DNA of 59,805 nucleotides, counting the filler. It is 4 parts of 4 records of this genome, joined end to end, with 100 filler letters (N's around TTAATTAATTAA, not from the genome) between each part and the next. Parts side by side here need not be neighbours in the genome. Positions count along the whole stretch, not along the records: positions 1 to 22,647 come from SRR31156797_15420; 3 more parts are not named here. One strand, given 5' to 3'. The notes beneath the pieces were generated by a model. It made no database searches. It saw only the letters and a list, made by a program, of their open reading frames with translations, and was not told the origin of the DNA. A program made the position numbers and the translations under genes. Within the stretch, counting starts at the first letter, position 1. Each line of letters starts with the position of its first letter. Of this stretch, positions 1-9,333 are shown piece by piece.

Positions 1-1
1 T

Positions 2-127
2 TCCCGAGGCCGTTTCGGCGGCTGGAAATACGAAGTTTCCAATATGGATCATTCTGTAATGCAGGGTGTTGAATGGGCTGAACGGATGATTAACGGACAG
101 CCGGAAACCACATACAGGATCAGTTAA
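2..127 (+). CDS. 3' end of FAD-dependent oxidoreductase (UDP-galactopyranose mutase/protoporphyrinogen oxidase-like), partial
   Basis: Frame 2 reads SRGRFGGWKYEVSNMDHSVMQGVEWAERM...*, resembling the GRFG-W-Y...N-DHS C-terminal motif of UGM-like flavoproteins; TAA at 125-127. Confidence 0.65.
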   Translation, partial: SRGRFGGWKYEVSNMDHSVMQGVEWAERMINGQPETTYRIS

Positions 128-131
128 GCAA

Positions 132-1208
132 ATGACAATTTCCACCGCCACTTACGAGCAACGGCGGGAGAATGTCCGCAAACTTCTCAAAGATCGCGGA
201 CATCCCCCTCTTCTAGTCAGCTTCGCAGCTAACCGCTACTATCTCAGCGGCTTTGAACTTCACGATCCCCAGTGCAATGAAACAGCAGGATGGCTGATCA
301 TTGATCCTGCTGGCCGGGACTTCCTGCTCACTGACCCCCGCTATCACGATGCGGCCCGCAAAGTCTGGAACGAAGATGACATTTTCATTTATTCCGGTCG
401 CAAATTTGATGCCTTGCGTGAATTCTTTAAATCCAACGACTTTAAAAAAATTTCTTACGATCCGAAATCCATTAATATTTTCGAACATGAGAAGCTAAAT
501 GATTTCTGTGAGCTCAAGCCTGTTTCAGGACTGATAGAAGATCTGCGTCTGATCAAGGATGAGACAGAAATCAAACTCATGGAAGAATCATGCGCCCTGA
601 ACCACAAAGTTTACGAACTGCTTGAGCCCAAGCTGGTTCCCGGCCGCACTGAAGCTGAAGTCGCATGGGATGTGGAACAGCTTTTCCGCAACAACGGTGC
701 CTCCGGACTGGCTTTCCCCAGCATCGTCGGCATCGGTCCCAATGCGGCCCTGCCCCACGCCATACCCGGCAACGACAAACTGGAAGAAGGTTCACTGGTA
801 CTCATCGACATGGGTGGCCGCATGGGCGATTACTGCTCCGACCAGACCCGCACATTCTGGGTTGGCGATAAACCTTCTGACCGTTTTCTCACCGTACGCG
901 ATCAGGTGCAGGAAGCCCAAATGGAGGCCATCAAGGTACTACGGCCCGGATTGCCGATCCAGCATGCCTATCACACTGCCAAGGCTGTTTTTGAAAAATA
1001 CGGAGTCGAAAAGTACTTTACCCATTCGCTCGGACACGGTATCGGCCTTGAGACACATGAGCAGCCCAGTGTCAGCCCCATTGCTACCGGTCAACTAAAA
1101 CCGGGCATGGTCATCACTGTGGAACCCGGACTTTACTACCCCGATTGGGGCGGTATCCGCTGGGAATACATGGTGCTCATTACTGAAGACGGATATAAAA
1201 TACTTTAA
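132..1208 (+). CDS. Xaa-Pro aminopeptidase (M24 family)
   Basis: Creatinase-like N-domain; metal motifs DMGG..DYCSD, HSLGHGIGLETHE, TVEPG, RWE. Confidence 0.95.
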   Translation: MTISTATYEQRRENVRKLLKDRGHPPLLVSFAANRYYLSGFELHDPQCNETAGWLIIDPAGRDFLLTDPRYHDAARKVWNEDDIFIYSGRKFDALREFFKSNDFKKISYDPKSINIFEHEKLNDFCELKPVSGLIEDLRLIKDETEIKLMEESCALNHKVYELLEPKLVPGRTEAEVAWDVEQLFRNNGASGLAFPSIVGIGPNAALPHAIPGNDKLEEGSLVLIDMGGRMGDYCSDQTRTFWVGDKPSDRFLTVRDQVQEAQMEAIKVLRPGLPIQHAYHTAKAVFEKYGVEKYFTHSLGHGIGLETHEQPSVSPIATGQLKPGMVITVEPGLYYPDWGGIRWEYMVLITEDGYKIL

Positions 1209-1210
1209 GA

Positions 1211-1294
1211 AAATGCCTCCGGCAGGTCTGCCGACGGCCTCTCCGAGGTCCAAACTTTTTTAACAAGGCTTCGCCTCTTCGTAAGGGGCGAAGC
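1211..1294. repeat. REP-like cluster of three GC-rich hairpins
   Basis: CGGCAG-GT-CTGCCG (1220-1233), GGCCTC-TCC-GAGGTC (1236-1250), GCTTCGCCTCTT-CGT-AAGGGGCGAAGC (1268-1294) in a short intergenic gap. Confidence 0.5.
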
Positions 1295-1304
1295 ACTATA
1301 ATAT

Positions 1305-1586
1305 ATGGCCCGTAGAAGAAGAAAACCTCGTCCGCGTCCCCTGCCACCGCCGCCGGAGAATTCCTGCCGCATGTACATCCAGATTGCGCCATCTGATATT
1401 GCAATCTTTCGTTTCCTCATGGAGGCTGTGGACAACCTGGCTCTTTTCACTATTGCTGACCGCTTCAAAGGGATTCTCCTGCTGCGCTACAGTCCACATC
1501 AGGAACGGGAATTCCGTGAATTTATGAATGGACTCAAGCAGGAGATTGATATCAAGTTCCTGCCTAATCCTTCTGACCCGGCATAA
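1305..1586 (+). CDS. small conserved protein (DUF4911-like)
   Basis: 93 aa; I.P.DI..FRFL.EA.DNLA pattern typical of this deltaproteobacterial family. Confidence 0.7.
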   Translation: MARRRRKPRPRPLPPPPENSCRMYIQIAPSDIAIFRFLMEAVDNLALFTIADRFKGILLLRYSPHQEREFREFMNGLKQEIDIKFLPNPSDPA

Positions 1587-1610
1587 ACATTTTACTCATC
1601 TAAATTTTAC

Positions 1611-1640
1611 AGCCCGGCACTATTAAATGTCGGGCTTTTC
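1611..1640 (+). terminator. intrinsic terminator
   Basis: AGCCCGGCA...TGTCGGGCT followed by T-run after the 1305-1586 gene. Confidence 0.7.
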
Positions 1641-1664
1641 TATTTTCAAAAACGCTCCCATAAT

Positions 1665-1716
1665 ATGAATTTATATTCATGTTTATTGACAATATGAATA
1701 TGAATTTATATTCATA
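1665..1716 (+). promoter_or_regulatory. two palindromic operators flanking a TTGACA -35 box (putative TetR autoregulation)
   Basis: ATGAAT-TTAT-ATTCAT at 1665-1680 and 1700-1715; TTGACA at 1686-1691. Confidence 0.75.
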
Positions 1717-1744
1717 AAACATATTTATTAACCACGGAGTAACA

Positions 1745-2350
1745 GTGAGCAGAGCACCGGTCCAGAAAAGAAGCAAAGAAAAGAAACGGCGGATCATTGT
1801 CGCCGGGATGAAACTCTTCTCTGAAAAAGGCTTCCACGGAACAGGAGTTACCGAAATAGCAACAGAAGCGAAGGTTTCAGTGGGATCATTCTACAGTTAC
1901 TTCAAGGATAAAAAAGACCTTCTGGATCAAGTCAGCGAAGCATATACGGCCAGCATAACCAAAGGTGTTTATGGAAATTTTGCAGACAATGCCCCATACA
2001 CAAAGAGCACGCGAGAAATAACAGCATACATAATAGAAACCGCCAAACAGGCCCACACCCTCTCAACAGAACTGCACCGCGAAATGCTGGCCCTGAAAAA
2101 CAGAGAACCACTCATGGCAAAACTGGACCGCAGCATCGTGGATGCTTTGCAGAATGGAGTAGCAGAAATACTGAAAAATTGCCCCGGCACAATAAGGATT
2201 AAAAAGATTGAGTTAGGGGCACGGATTGTTAGCGGGGCAATAGAAGAAACTATGCATCGCTGTTTCCTTGAATCAGGGGAGCCGGATATGAAGAGTGCTT
2301 TTAACGAGTTGACTGAAATGTGCCACGTATACCTTTTCAAAAAAGAATAA
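1745..2350 (+). CDS. TetR/AcrR family transcriptional regulator
   Basis: N-terminal HTH LFSEKGFHGTGVTEIATEAKVSVGSFYSYFKDK. Confidence 0.95.
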   Translation: MSRAPVQKRSKEKKRRIIVAGMKLFSEKGFHGTGVTEIATEAKVSVGSFYSYFKDKKDLLDQVSEAYTASITKGVYGNFADNAPYTKSTREITAYIIETAKQAHTLSTELHREMLALKNREPLMAKLDRSIVDALQNGVAEILKNCPGTIRIKKIELGARIVSGAIEETMHRCFLESGEPDMKSAFNELTEMCHVYLFKKE

Positions 2351-2473
2351 CACTCAACAAATGGTTTTTGTTGCTCTTTTATTTAAACTGTTGGATTATG
2401 ATCCTGTGAGGAATACTATTCACGTGCAAGTACAACGGTGCTGATATCAACTGGAAAAATAGTGGAGCAGATT

Positions 2474-2956
2474 ATGGAAGAGCGCAAAAGAAGTGTATTC
2501 GGAGTCGGCCTGAAAATCTTCAAACCCACAATTATCTACGGCCTTGCTGCCCTGATCATTACGCTGATCTTTCCCAAAATTTTCTTAATGACTTTCCTGC
2601 CCAGTGCGGCATTCAATATTCTGGGCGGAATGCTGCTGGGAATCGGGATAGCCTTTCTTTTCATCTCCGGGGTTACAGTGAAAAAAGCAGTTGCTGAAGA
2701 ACGCCTGGAAACCACCGGGACTTTCGCCATAGTGCGCAATCCGCTTTATTTTGCATGGATTGCCTTCATCTTCACCGGAAGTGCTATTGCCACACAAGCA
2801 TGGCTGCTCTTCGGTATGTGCTTTGTGGCCTATTACAAATTCCTGCACCACATCCCCGAAGAAGAAGCGGTTCTGGAAGAAATTTTCGGTAAAGAATATC
2901 TGGAATATAAAAAGCAGGTCCCATCAATTGTTCCCAACTTAAAAGAACTGCTCTAG
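2474..2956 (+). CDS. isoprenylcysteine carboxyl methyltransferase (ICMT/PEMT) family membrane protein
   Basis: TM helices plus TTG.FAIVRNPLY and EE..L...FG.EY..YK..VP motifs; ATG 2474 after GGAG. Confidence 0.85.
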   Translation: MEERKRSVFGVGLKIFKPTIIYGLAALIITLIFPKIFLMTFLPSAAFNILGGMLLGIGIAFLFISGVTVKKAVAEERLETTGTFAIVRNPLYFAWIAFIFTGSAIATQAWLLFGMCFVAYYKFLHHIPEEEAVLEEIFGKEYLEYKKQVPSIVPNLKELL

Positions 2957-2965
2957 AAAAAAACT

Positions 2966-3000
2966 AAAAAAGGTCTAACCATTTGGTTAGACCTTTTTTT
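2966..3000. terminator. bidirectional intrinsic terminator
   Basis: AAAAAAGGTCTAACC-ATTT-GGTTAGACCTTTTTTT between convergent genes. Confidence 0.85.
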
Positions 3001-3004
3001 ATTA

Positions 3005-3035
3005 TTTCGAACACTTCAACTGAAGCATGGAAAGG
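3005..3035 (-). promoter_or_regulatory. candidate bacterial SECIS element
   Basis: Minus strand after UGA-UAG: UUUC-CA-UGCUUC-[AGUU]-GAAGUG-UUC-GAAA; apical loop begins 17 nt after the UGA and has G at position 2. Confidence 0.55.
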
Positions 3036-3806
3036 CTATCATGTCCCGCCAGGGCAGTGATATTGCGCCCGATTGCGGGCAAATGGGATCTTGCCGGCAG
3101 CACGTTTTCCACTGGAACAGGATTCAAATGTCGGTGCATAGCGCGTGGAACATTTCTCCATCACAATGCAAAAAAGATCTCTAGGAAGCGCACCTTCCTC
3201 GATTCGTTCAATGGATTTAATTTTAAATCCGCTGGCCAGTCCGCGAAGTTTATCCTCACTAAAAAAATGAACCGCAAACTTACCGACCTCATACAGGTTC
3301 TCGCCCAGATGTTCCCCGGCGCGGTAATGACGATCAAAAATAGATCGCACAGAATAGACAGCCAACCCGCCAGGCTTGAGTACTCTGTGTAATTCACTCA
3401 AGGCACAGGAAATCTCCGCCATGGTCAATTCCATACACAGCAGCATGTGAGAATAACAAGCATCAAAGGATTCCGATTCAAAAGGAAGCGGTTTGCGAAT
3501 ATCAAAGCAGCGGGGATCAATATAGGAAGTGAGAGATGAGGAAGAAGCTTTAACGGTAATTTCATCAACCGCCCGGTTGGAATAATCAAGAGCAGTAACC
3601 CTGAGGCCGTCCTCGGCAAACAAAAACGTATCCCGCCCCTGCCCGCACCCACTCTCCAGCACGGAACAAACATCATTTTCCCGGAACAGCTCAAGCGACT
3701 TTTGCGCTAGCGCACTGGGCTGTTCCCCAAAATAACTTTCGGACTCCGTAAAGATTTGATCCCAAAGCTCTTGCTGTGCAGTACAGGCATTCATTACCGG
3801 CTTCAT
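3036..3806 (-). CDS. class I SAM-dependent methyltransferase with Cys-containing C-terminal tail, possibly ending in selenocysteine
   Basis: VLESGCGQGRD motif I and LHRVLKPGG; ATG 3806 after GGAGGG; ends CPGGT-TGA(3041-3039)-TAG(3038-3036). Confidence 0.85.
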
Positions 3807-3940
3807 CACCCCTCCCCTGAAATAACCAGTACGGTAGGTAATATTACAGCCAGCCAGACTTGGCAACTACTGAAATGTAGCAATTCTGCCACAAACACAA
3901 CATTCCCACTTTCATAGGAAGGCACTGATTAAGTCATAAA

Positions 3941-5467
3941 TCAACCCTGTCTATCCATACTCCGGTAATTGATAGCCTCAGCTAAATGAGAAACCTGAAT
4001 CATATCCGCCCCGGCCAGGTCAGCAATGGTCCGCGAGATGCGCAGGATGCGGGTATAAGCACGGGCAGAAAGCCCGAGGCTGCGCACAGCCTGTTCCAGA
4101 AAACTATGTTCAGCCTCACTTAGCTTGCAAAATTTCTCCAGCGAAGAACCGGACAACTCACTGTTGGTCAGAATATCCATATCTTTGAAGCGCTCAGCCT
4201 GAATTTCACGCACCCGCTCAATATTAGCACGCATGGAAGCGGAATCCAGCCCGGAAGAATCACGTAAATCCTTATAATCCACAGCTGGAACCTCAATCTG
4301 CAAATCAATACGGTCCAACAACGGACCGGAAAGCTTGGATCGATAACGGGCAACGGCCTGTGATGAACAAGTGCAAGCGTGCCGCTCATCAGTAAAATAC
4401 CCGCAAGGACACGGATTCATTGCCGCGATAAGCATAAAATCCGCCGGATAGGAAAGAGACATGGCAGCTCGAGAGATAGTAACTTCGCCTCCTTCAAGAG
4501 GCTGACGCAAAACTTCAAGTACATTCTTCTTAAACTCCGGCAATTCATCTAGAAAAAGCACACCACGATGAGCCAATGACACTTCCCCCGGCTTCGGATA
4601 AGCCCCGCCGCCGATGAGTCCGGCATCGGAGATGGTATGGTGCGGCGCGCGAAAAGGGCGGGTGACCATAAGTGACTTATCCCGCTCCAACTGCCCGGAA
4701 ACACTATAAATTTTGGTCACTTCCAATGCTTCCTCAAAAACCAGCGGAGGAAGCACCGTGGGGATACGCCGGGCCAGCATGGTTTTACCACTGCCCGGAG
4801 GGCCAATAAAAAGCAGATTGTGATTGCCCGCCGCCCCGATCTCAATAGCCCTCTTGGCGTGCTCCTGTCCTTTGACTTCTGAAAAGTCCATACCGAAGGA
4901 CTGCCGCCCGGACCAAAGCAGATCCGTATCTACCGTAGCAGGTTCAAGATTTTCCTCACCGATGAGAAAATTCACCAATTGCGAAAGTGTCGGAACCCCG
5001 TACACGGAAAGACCTTCGACCACCGCAGCTTCATTAACGTTCTCAGGACTGACAATTAAGCCTTTCGCTCCTTTGCGTCGGGCTTCAATAGCCAGTGGGA
5101 GCACCCCATGCACAGGTTTGACCCCGCCACTCAGGGAAAGTTCCCCGGCCAGAAACCAGCCTTCCAACGCCGACTGATCGATCACTCCAGCAGCACCGAG
5201 CAAAGATGTGGCCAAAGGCAGGTCATACGCGGAACCGGCTTTGCGGATGTCCGCCGGAGCAAGATTCACGGTGATACGTGATGGGGGAATGCGGTAACCG
5301 GAATTCTTGAGTGCAGAAAAAACGCGCTCCTTACTCTCCTTGACCGCACCCTCGGCCAGACCGACCATGGTAAACGCGGGCATACCCTGTCGGGTCAAAT
5401 CAACTTCCAGATCAACTTTAAAGGCGTCAATACCCATGAGGGCTGCGCAGGAAACTTTGGCAATCAT
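3941..5467 (-). CDS. comM: YifB/ComM Mg-chelatase-like AAA+ ATPase
   Basis: ITVNLAPAD, GPPGSGKT, PFRAPHH, FLDELPEF, MNPCPCG, SGPLLDRID. Confidence 0.95.
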   Translation of the reverse strand: MIAKVSCAALMGIDAFKVDLEVDLTRQGMPAFTMVGLAEGAVKESKERVFSALKNSGYRIPPSRITVNLAPADIRKAGSAYDLPLATSLLGAAGVIDQSALEGWFLAGELSLSGGVKPVHGVLPLAIEARRKGAKGLIVSPENVNEAAVVEGLSVYGVPTLSQLVNFLIGEENLEPATVDTDLLWSGRQSFGMDFSEVKGQEHAKRAIEIGAAGNHNLLFIGPPGSGKTMLARRIPTVLPPLVFEEALEVTKIYSVSGQLERDKSLMVTRPFRAPHHTISDAGLIGGGAYPKPGEVSLAHRGVLFLDELPEFKKNVLEVLRQPLEGGEVTISRAAMSLSYPADFMLIAAMNPCPCGYFTDERHACTCSSQAVARYRSKLSGPLLDRIDLQIEVPAVDYKDLRDSSGLDSASMRANIERVREIQAERFKDMDILTNSELSGSSLEKFCKLSEAEHSFLEQAVRSLGLSARAYTRILRISRTIADLAGADMIQVSHLAEAINYRSMDRQG

Positions 5468-5671
5468 CGAACTTCCAGCGGTAAAATTGGTATACAAATT
5501 AATAATCGGCTTTTTGATATATGGTTTATCAACTCAAGGCAAGGGACAGACGAAACACCTGACCATTTTCAGTATAATTAATCCCGTTGATGATAATTTT
5601 TGCCATTCCCTCAGGGCGAGTTTATATTATAGCTGGAAACACACAGCTTAATCATTCAAAGGATCATTAAA

Positions 5672-7717
5672 TTGAAAGTTTACCTCATCAAAGCATCGGC
5701 CCCCGGTCTGTTCAAGGAATACAAAAAATACATGGGCGCGCCGCCGCAGAATATTTTCTCCCTTGCCGCCGCCACTCCGCACGGAATCACGGTGGATATG
5801 TGTGATGAAACACAGGACATGAAACCGAAGATGAATACGGACGCGGATATTGTCGTTATCTGTTTCCATACCCCGGACGCGGTGCATGCTTATGAATTAG
5901 CTGACAAATACCGCACAAAAGGCAAAACAGTGGTCCTCGGCGGCCTGCACCCCAGCTTCATGCCTGACGAAGCCCAGCAGCACGCCGACGCCTTGCTCAT
6001 CGGTGAGGTGGAAGGGATCTGGTCCCAATTGCTCAAGGATTACAAAGCCGGAACCCTCAAGAAAATATACCAACGCAGCACTCCGGTGGATATGGCTAAA
6101 CTTCGCCCCTATCCCACGGGTATCATCCCGGCTTCCCGTTACAAGGGAGTCTGGTCGGTACTGGTTTCGCGCGGTTGTGTGCACCGCTGCGAATTCTGCG
6201 TTATCCCACCATTTTTCAAAGGCAAATACCGTTTGCGACCCATTGAAAATATTGTCGCGGAAATCAAGGCCGCTCCAGCCAAATGGTTTGAGCTGCATTC
6301 CGACAACCTGACCGCGGACCGCGACTACGCCATAGAACTTTTCAAAACCCTCAAGCCCCTGAACATCAAGTGGGTTGGCGAATCGACCATCAAAATGGCG
6401 CAAGATGATGAACTGCTCCGCCTTGCTTCTGAAAGCGGTTGTGAACTGCTGCTGGTCGGCATTGAAACTCCATCGCAAGCGGCTTTAAGCAATTCCGGCA
6501 AAAAATTTGTTTCCCCGGCGGAAGTTCGTGCTGCAATTGATAGATTCCATGAATACGGAATCAAAATAACTTCTTCAATGATCTTCGGCTTCGATTCCCA
6601 CACTAAGGATATTTTTCAGGAAAGCCTCGACTTTGTTAATGAGATCGGCATTGATGAGGTTGAATCAGTCATCCTCTGCCCCTTTGCCGGGACTCCCCTC
6701 TATAAAAGACTTGAAGATGAAAACAGGTTGCTGACCAAAGACTGGTCAAAATATGACTGCAGTCAGGCTGTGTTCAAACCCAAGCACATGACCCCGGAAG
6801 AGCTTGAAGAAGGGGCGACATGGTTCTGGAAACAGTTAAAACAAAAGTCGCCACTTTCCGGTGGCGGAATCACGTCAGCTACTGGTGGCCGATCTAAAAA
6901 GAATAATACCGAGCAAAATACAGGAATAACCATGCGTAGCGGAAACCTTAAATGGAAATCCATACTCGCGCTGACCCTGATAGGAACAGCAGTAGTCATG
7001 GACATGCCATGGCTCTGGGGCATCCTCTTCCTGCTTTGGGTAATTATGGACCTGAAAAACAGACAAACCTACCTACTGGAAGAAATCCCCCGGGACAGCA
7101 ATCCAATCCTCTATTGGATAATCGTAACCATGTGGTTCTGCTTCACCATGGCCGCACTTAGCTGGCATCCGGCAGTGTATGAATATATTTACAGCAAGTT
7201 ACCAGAAGAAAGTTATCTCAGTAGCTCCATACCTAAAACATATATTCCGAAAGTCACCACTGCTTATGCTGCACCAAAATATAAAGCTGTCAATTTCGGC
7301 ATGACCTTAAACATTCCTAAACAATGGACTGTGGCTAAGGTCAAAACTGAAGACGGTCCGGAAATCAGTGCTGAAGCTCCCCGGCAAAGAGCGGAAATCA
7401 CGGCCCTACGTATCAACATGGGGCAAAAACTTTCCATTCCGGCCATCATAGAAATCATGGAAGGGGAAATAGGTATGGGAATTCCCTTTATCAGCTCCGG
7501 TACGGGAACGGAGTTAGCGGAGATAAAGCCGGATCACGAAAAATTTGAAATAAGCTTCAGGGAATATAAAGGGACACTCCATAATGAGAAGCTGGATGTA
7601 ATTGTCGGTTACGGCAGGCAACAAGATAATGCTTACGTGATCATCGGAATCTACGGGTCGGATGATCCAAACATGCGGAAAAAGGTGCTCACGGTGCTCA
7701 AGTCTTTCAAACCATAA
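5672..7717 (+). CDS. B12-binding radical SAM protein fused to TM segments and a C-terminal soluble domain
   Basis: VVLGGLHPS/GEVE cobalamin-binding domain; SRGCVHRCEFC; hydrophobic helices at about aa 428-500; TTG start. Confidence 0.88.
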   Translation: MKVYLIKASAPGLFKEYKKYMGAPPQNIFSLAAATPHGITVDMCDETQDMKPKMNTDADIVVICFHTPDAVHAYELADKYRTKGKTVVLGGLHPSFMPDEAQQHADALLIGEVEGIWSQLLKDYKAGTLKKIYQRSTPVDMAKLRPYPTGIIPASRYKGVWSVLVSRGCVHRCEFCVIPPFFKGKYRLRPIENIVAEIKAAPAKWFELHSDNLTADRDYAIELFKTLKPLNIKWVGESTIKMAQDDELLRLASESGCELLLVGIETPSQAALSNSGKKFVSPAEVRAAIDRFHEYGIKITSSMIFGFDSHTKDIFQESLDFVNEIGIDEVESVILCPFAGTPLYKRLEDENRLLTKDWSKYDCSQAVFKPKHMTPEELEEGATWFWKQLKQKSPLSGGGITSATGGRSKKNNTEQNTGITMRSGNLKWKSILALTLIGTAVVMDMPWLWGILFLLWVIMDLKNRQTYLLEEIPRDSNPILYWIIVTMWFCFTMAALSWHPAVYEYIYSKLPEESYLSSSIPKTYIPKVTTAYAAPKYKAVNFGMTLNIPKQWTVAKVKTEDGPEISAEAPRQRAEITALRINMGQKLSIPAIIEIMEGEIGMGIPFISSGTGTELAEIKPDHEKFEISFREYKGTLHNEKLDVIVGYGRQQDNAYVIIGIYGSDDPNMRKKVLTVLKSFKP

Positions 7718-7755
7718 AAAATCCCCTGCTGTTAAATCACAGCAGGGGATTTTTT
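7716..7755. terminator. bidirectional intrinsic terminator
   Basis: AAAAAATCCCCTGCTG...CAGCAGGGGATTTTTT. Confidence 0.85.
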
Positions 7756-7765
7756 ATATATTAGA

Positions 7766-8527
7766 TTAAGACCTTACTTCAAAATAATGCTGCATAACCT
7801 TTATATTTGATGGGCAACCATGTTCCAGAACACCAACCGCCCTTACTTCCACTTCTCTTTCGTAAAAAAAGTCTCTCGCGTTGAACATTATACTAGCATG
7901 CCTGCCCAATCCACCGTGAATATCCTTATTGTACTTCCGTAAATGTATCCAACCATCAACTTTATTCTTGCTAAAACAATCATGAGGGCCTCGAATAGAC
8001 AGCACAATCGTACACATCTGTTCGAGAATAAAGTCTTGAAGGTATTCAGAATCATCTATTGCGCAAATTAGTTGATAATCAGTAATCTTATTTTTAGCTA
8101 TGCTATCTGTTGATCTCAAAAAATACCACGCAAACTCAGCCATCTCTAGACATTCATCCTTTATTGGAACATCCGCTTTATAGTTATGTTGAACTCCATT
8201 TCGAATATCTGAAATTTTTTTAAGCATTATTGGCTTAATTAAATCTAAATCAAGCATGGCTTTCAATTGACTTTTTATTTTAATACCAGGTATTTTTTTG
8301 AATTTATACAGTGCATTCAACCGCTTAAGCCTAAACTGTATCGCCCTCTCTAAATTAACAACTGCGTCTTTTAAGTATCCAGTAGATTCGTGTCTATGTA
8401 AAATATCAAAAGCATGATCAACTTCATTATACGGCAAATCCCAATCATCTATATCAGAACTAAAACCTATAGAATCTACATCACCATCTAGCAAATCAGG
8501 TGAAAACCAAACGGAATCAAATGTCAT
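7766..8527 (-). CDS. AT-rich hypothetical protein, HEPN-like
   Basis: 253 aa; LERAIQFRLK helix and RNGVQH (Rx4H) motif. Confidence 0.6.
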   Translation of the reverse strand: MTFDSVWFSPDLLDGDVDSIGFSSDIDDWDLPYNEVDHAFDILHRHESTGYLKDAVVNLERAIQFRLKRLNALYKFKKIPGIKIKSQLKAMLDLDLIKPIMLKKISDIRNGVQHNYKADVPIKDECLEMAEFAWYFLRSTDSIAKNKITDYQLICAIDDSEYLQDFILEQMCTIVLSIRGPHDCFSKNKVDGWIHLRKYNKDIHGGLGRHASIMFNARDFFYEREVEVRAVGVLEHGCPSNIKVMQHYFEVRS

Positions 8528-8824
8528 ACGATCACCACAAATTTTATCGTTATATAAAACTACTTAACCATATTACATATACGTACGACATGTTTCTACA
8601 AAGCAAAAGTCCCTCTCCTCAACTTCATGTCGAAGCAAAAGAATCATCCACACAAAGCAGAACTCCAGTCACGGCAAATACTTCATCCGCAGGCCTGACA
8701 ACTGCACGAAATAAGGTATTAACCGTGAAAAACAGGCTGTTGTTGAGGTAATATGATATTTGTGGCTGGTTGTTCATTTGCAAATACAAACATCAACCAA
8801 ACCCATCCTAGCCAAACTGCAAAA

Positions 8825-9256
8825 TCATTCTTTAATATTCTCCGACCAATCTTTGGTGCCACCCTGCTTCACGAATTGCACTATTTTATAATCTTCCCGC
8901 AGGATGTGTTCTAGCAGCCAATTGGACAACAACTCTTTTATCTCATCTGGACTGACTTGCTCATAATGAAACCGCGCAGCCCGTAATGATTTCACTTTTC
9001 CCTTGAGACTTGCATGTAGCTGACGATGTTCTTGAATATGAGGGAATTCAATCTCCTCCATATATTTTTCCTCAGCATTGAAGTGCAGGACAGTATATTC
9101 ATGCAGCTGACCCAGCATCCGGTCTACGGCCGTATCCGTTTCACCCTTTTCAAAGGCTTCAAGAATGTCATTTATCATCTTCACTAAACCTTGGTGCTGC
9201 TCGTCGATTTCCTTGATCCCAAGATTCAAACCGTCATTCCATTCAATCCTGCCCAT
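8825..9256 (-). CDS. bacteriohemerythrin
   Basis: IDEQH, HFNAEEKYM, HIQEH, WLLEHILRED di-iron ligands. Confidence 0.95.
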   Translation of the reverse strand: MGRIEWNDGLNLGIKEIDEQHQGLVKMINDILEAFEKGETDTAVDRMLGQLHEYTVLHFNAEEKYMEEIEFPHIQEHRQLHASLKGKVKSLRAARFHYEQVSPDEIKELLSNWLLEHILREDYKIVQFVKQGGTKDWSENIKE

Positions 9257-9333
9257 GCCTCCCCCTAAAGATAAACCAAGTTCTATTACCAGAAGTATAC
9301 ATTATTACAACGGATCGCAGCAAGGAGAGACAT

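Noticed and set aside
3941-5467. comM as an integration hotspot
   Set aside because: The gene is intact and has no adjacent integrase or att duplication.
8625-8777. About 50-aa minus-strand ORF (MNNQPQISYY...) downstream of hemerythrin
   Set aside because: No clear RBS or motif; cannot be distinguished from chance.
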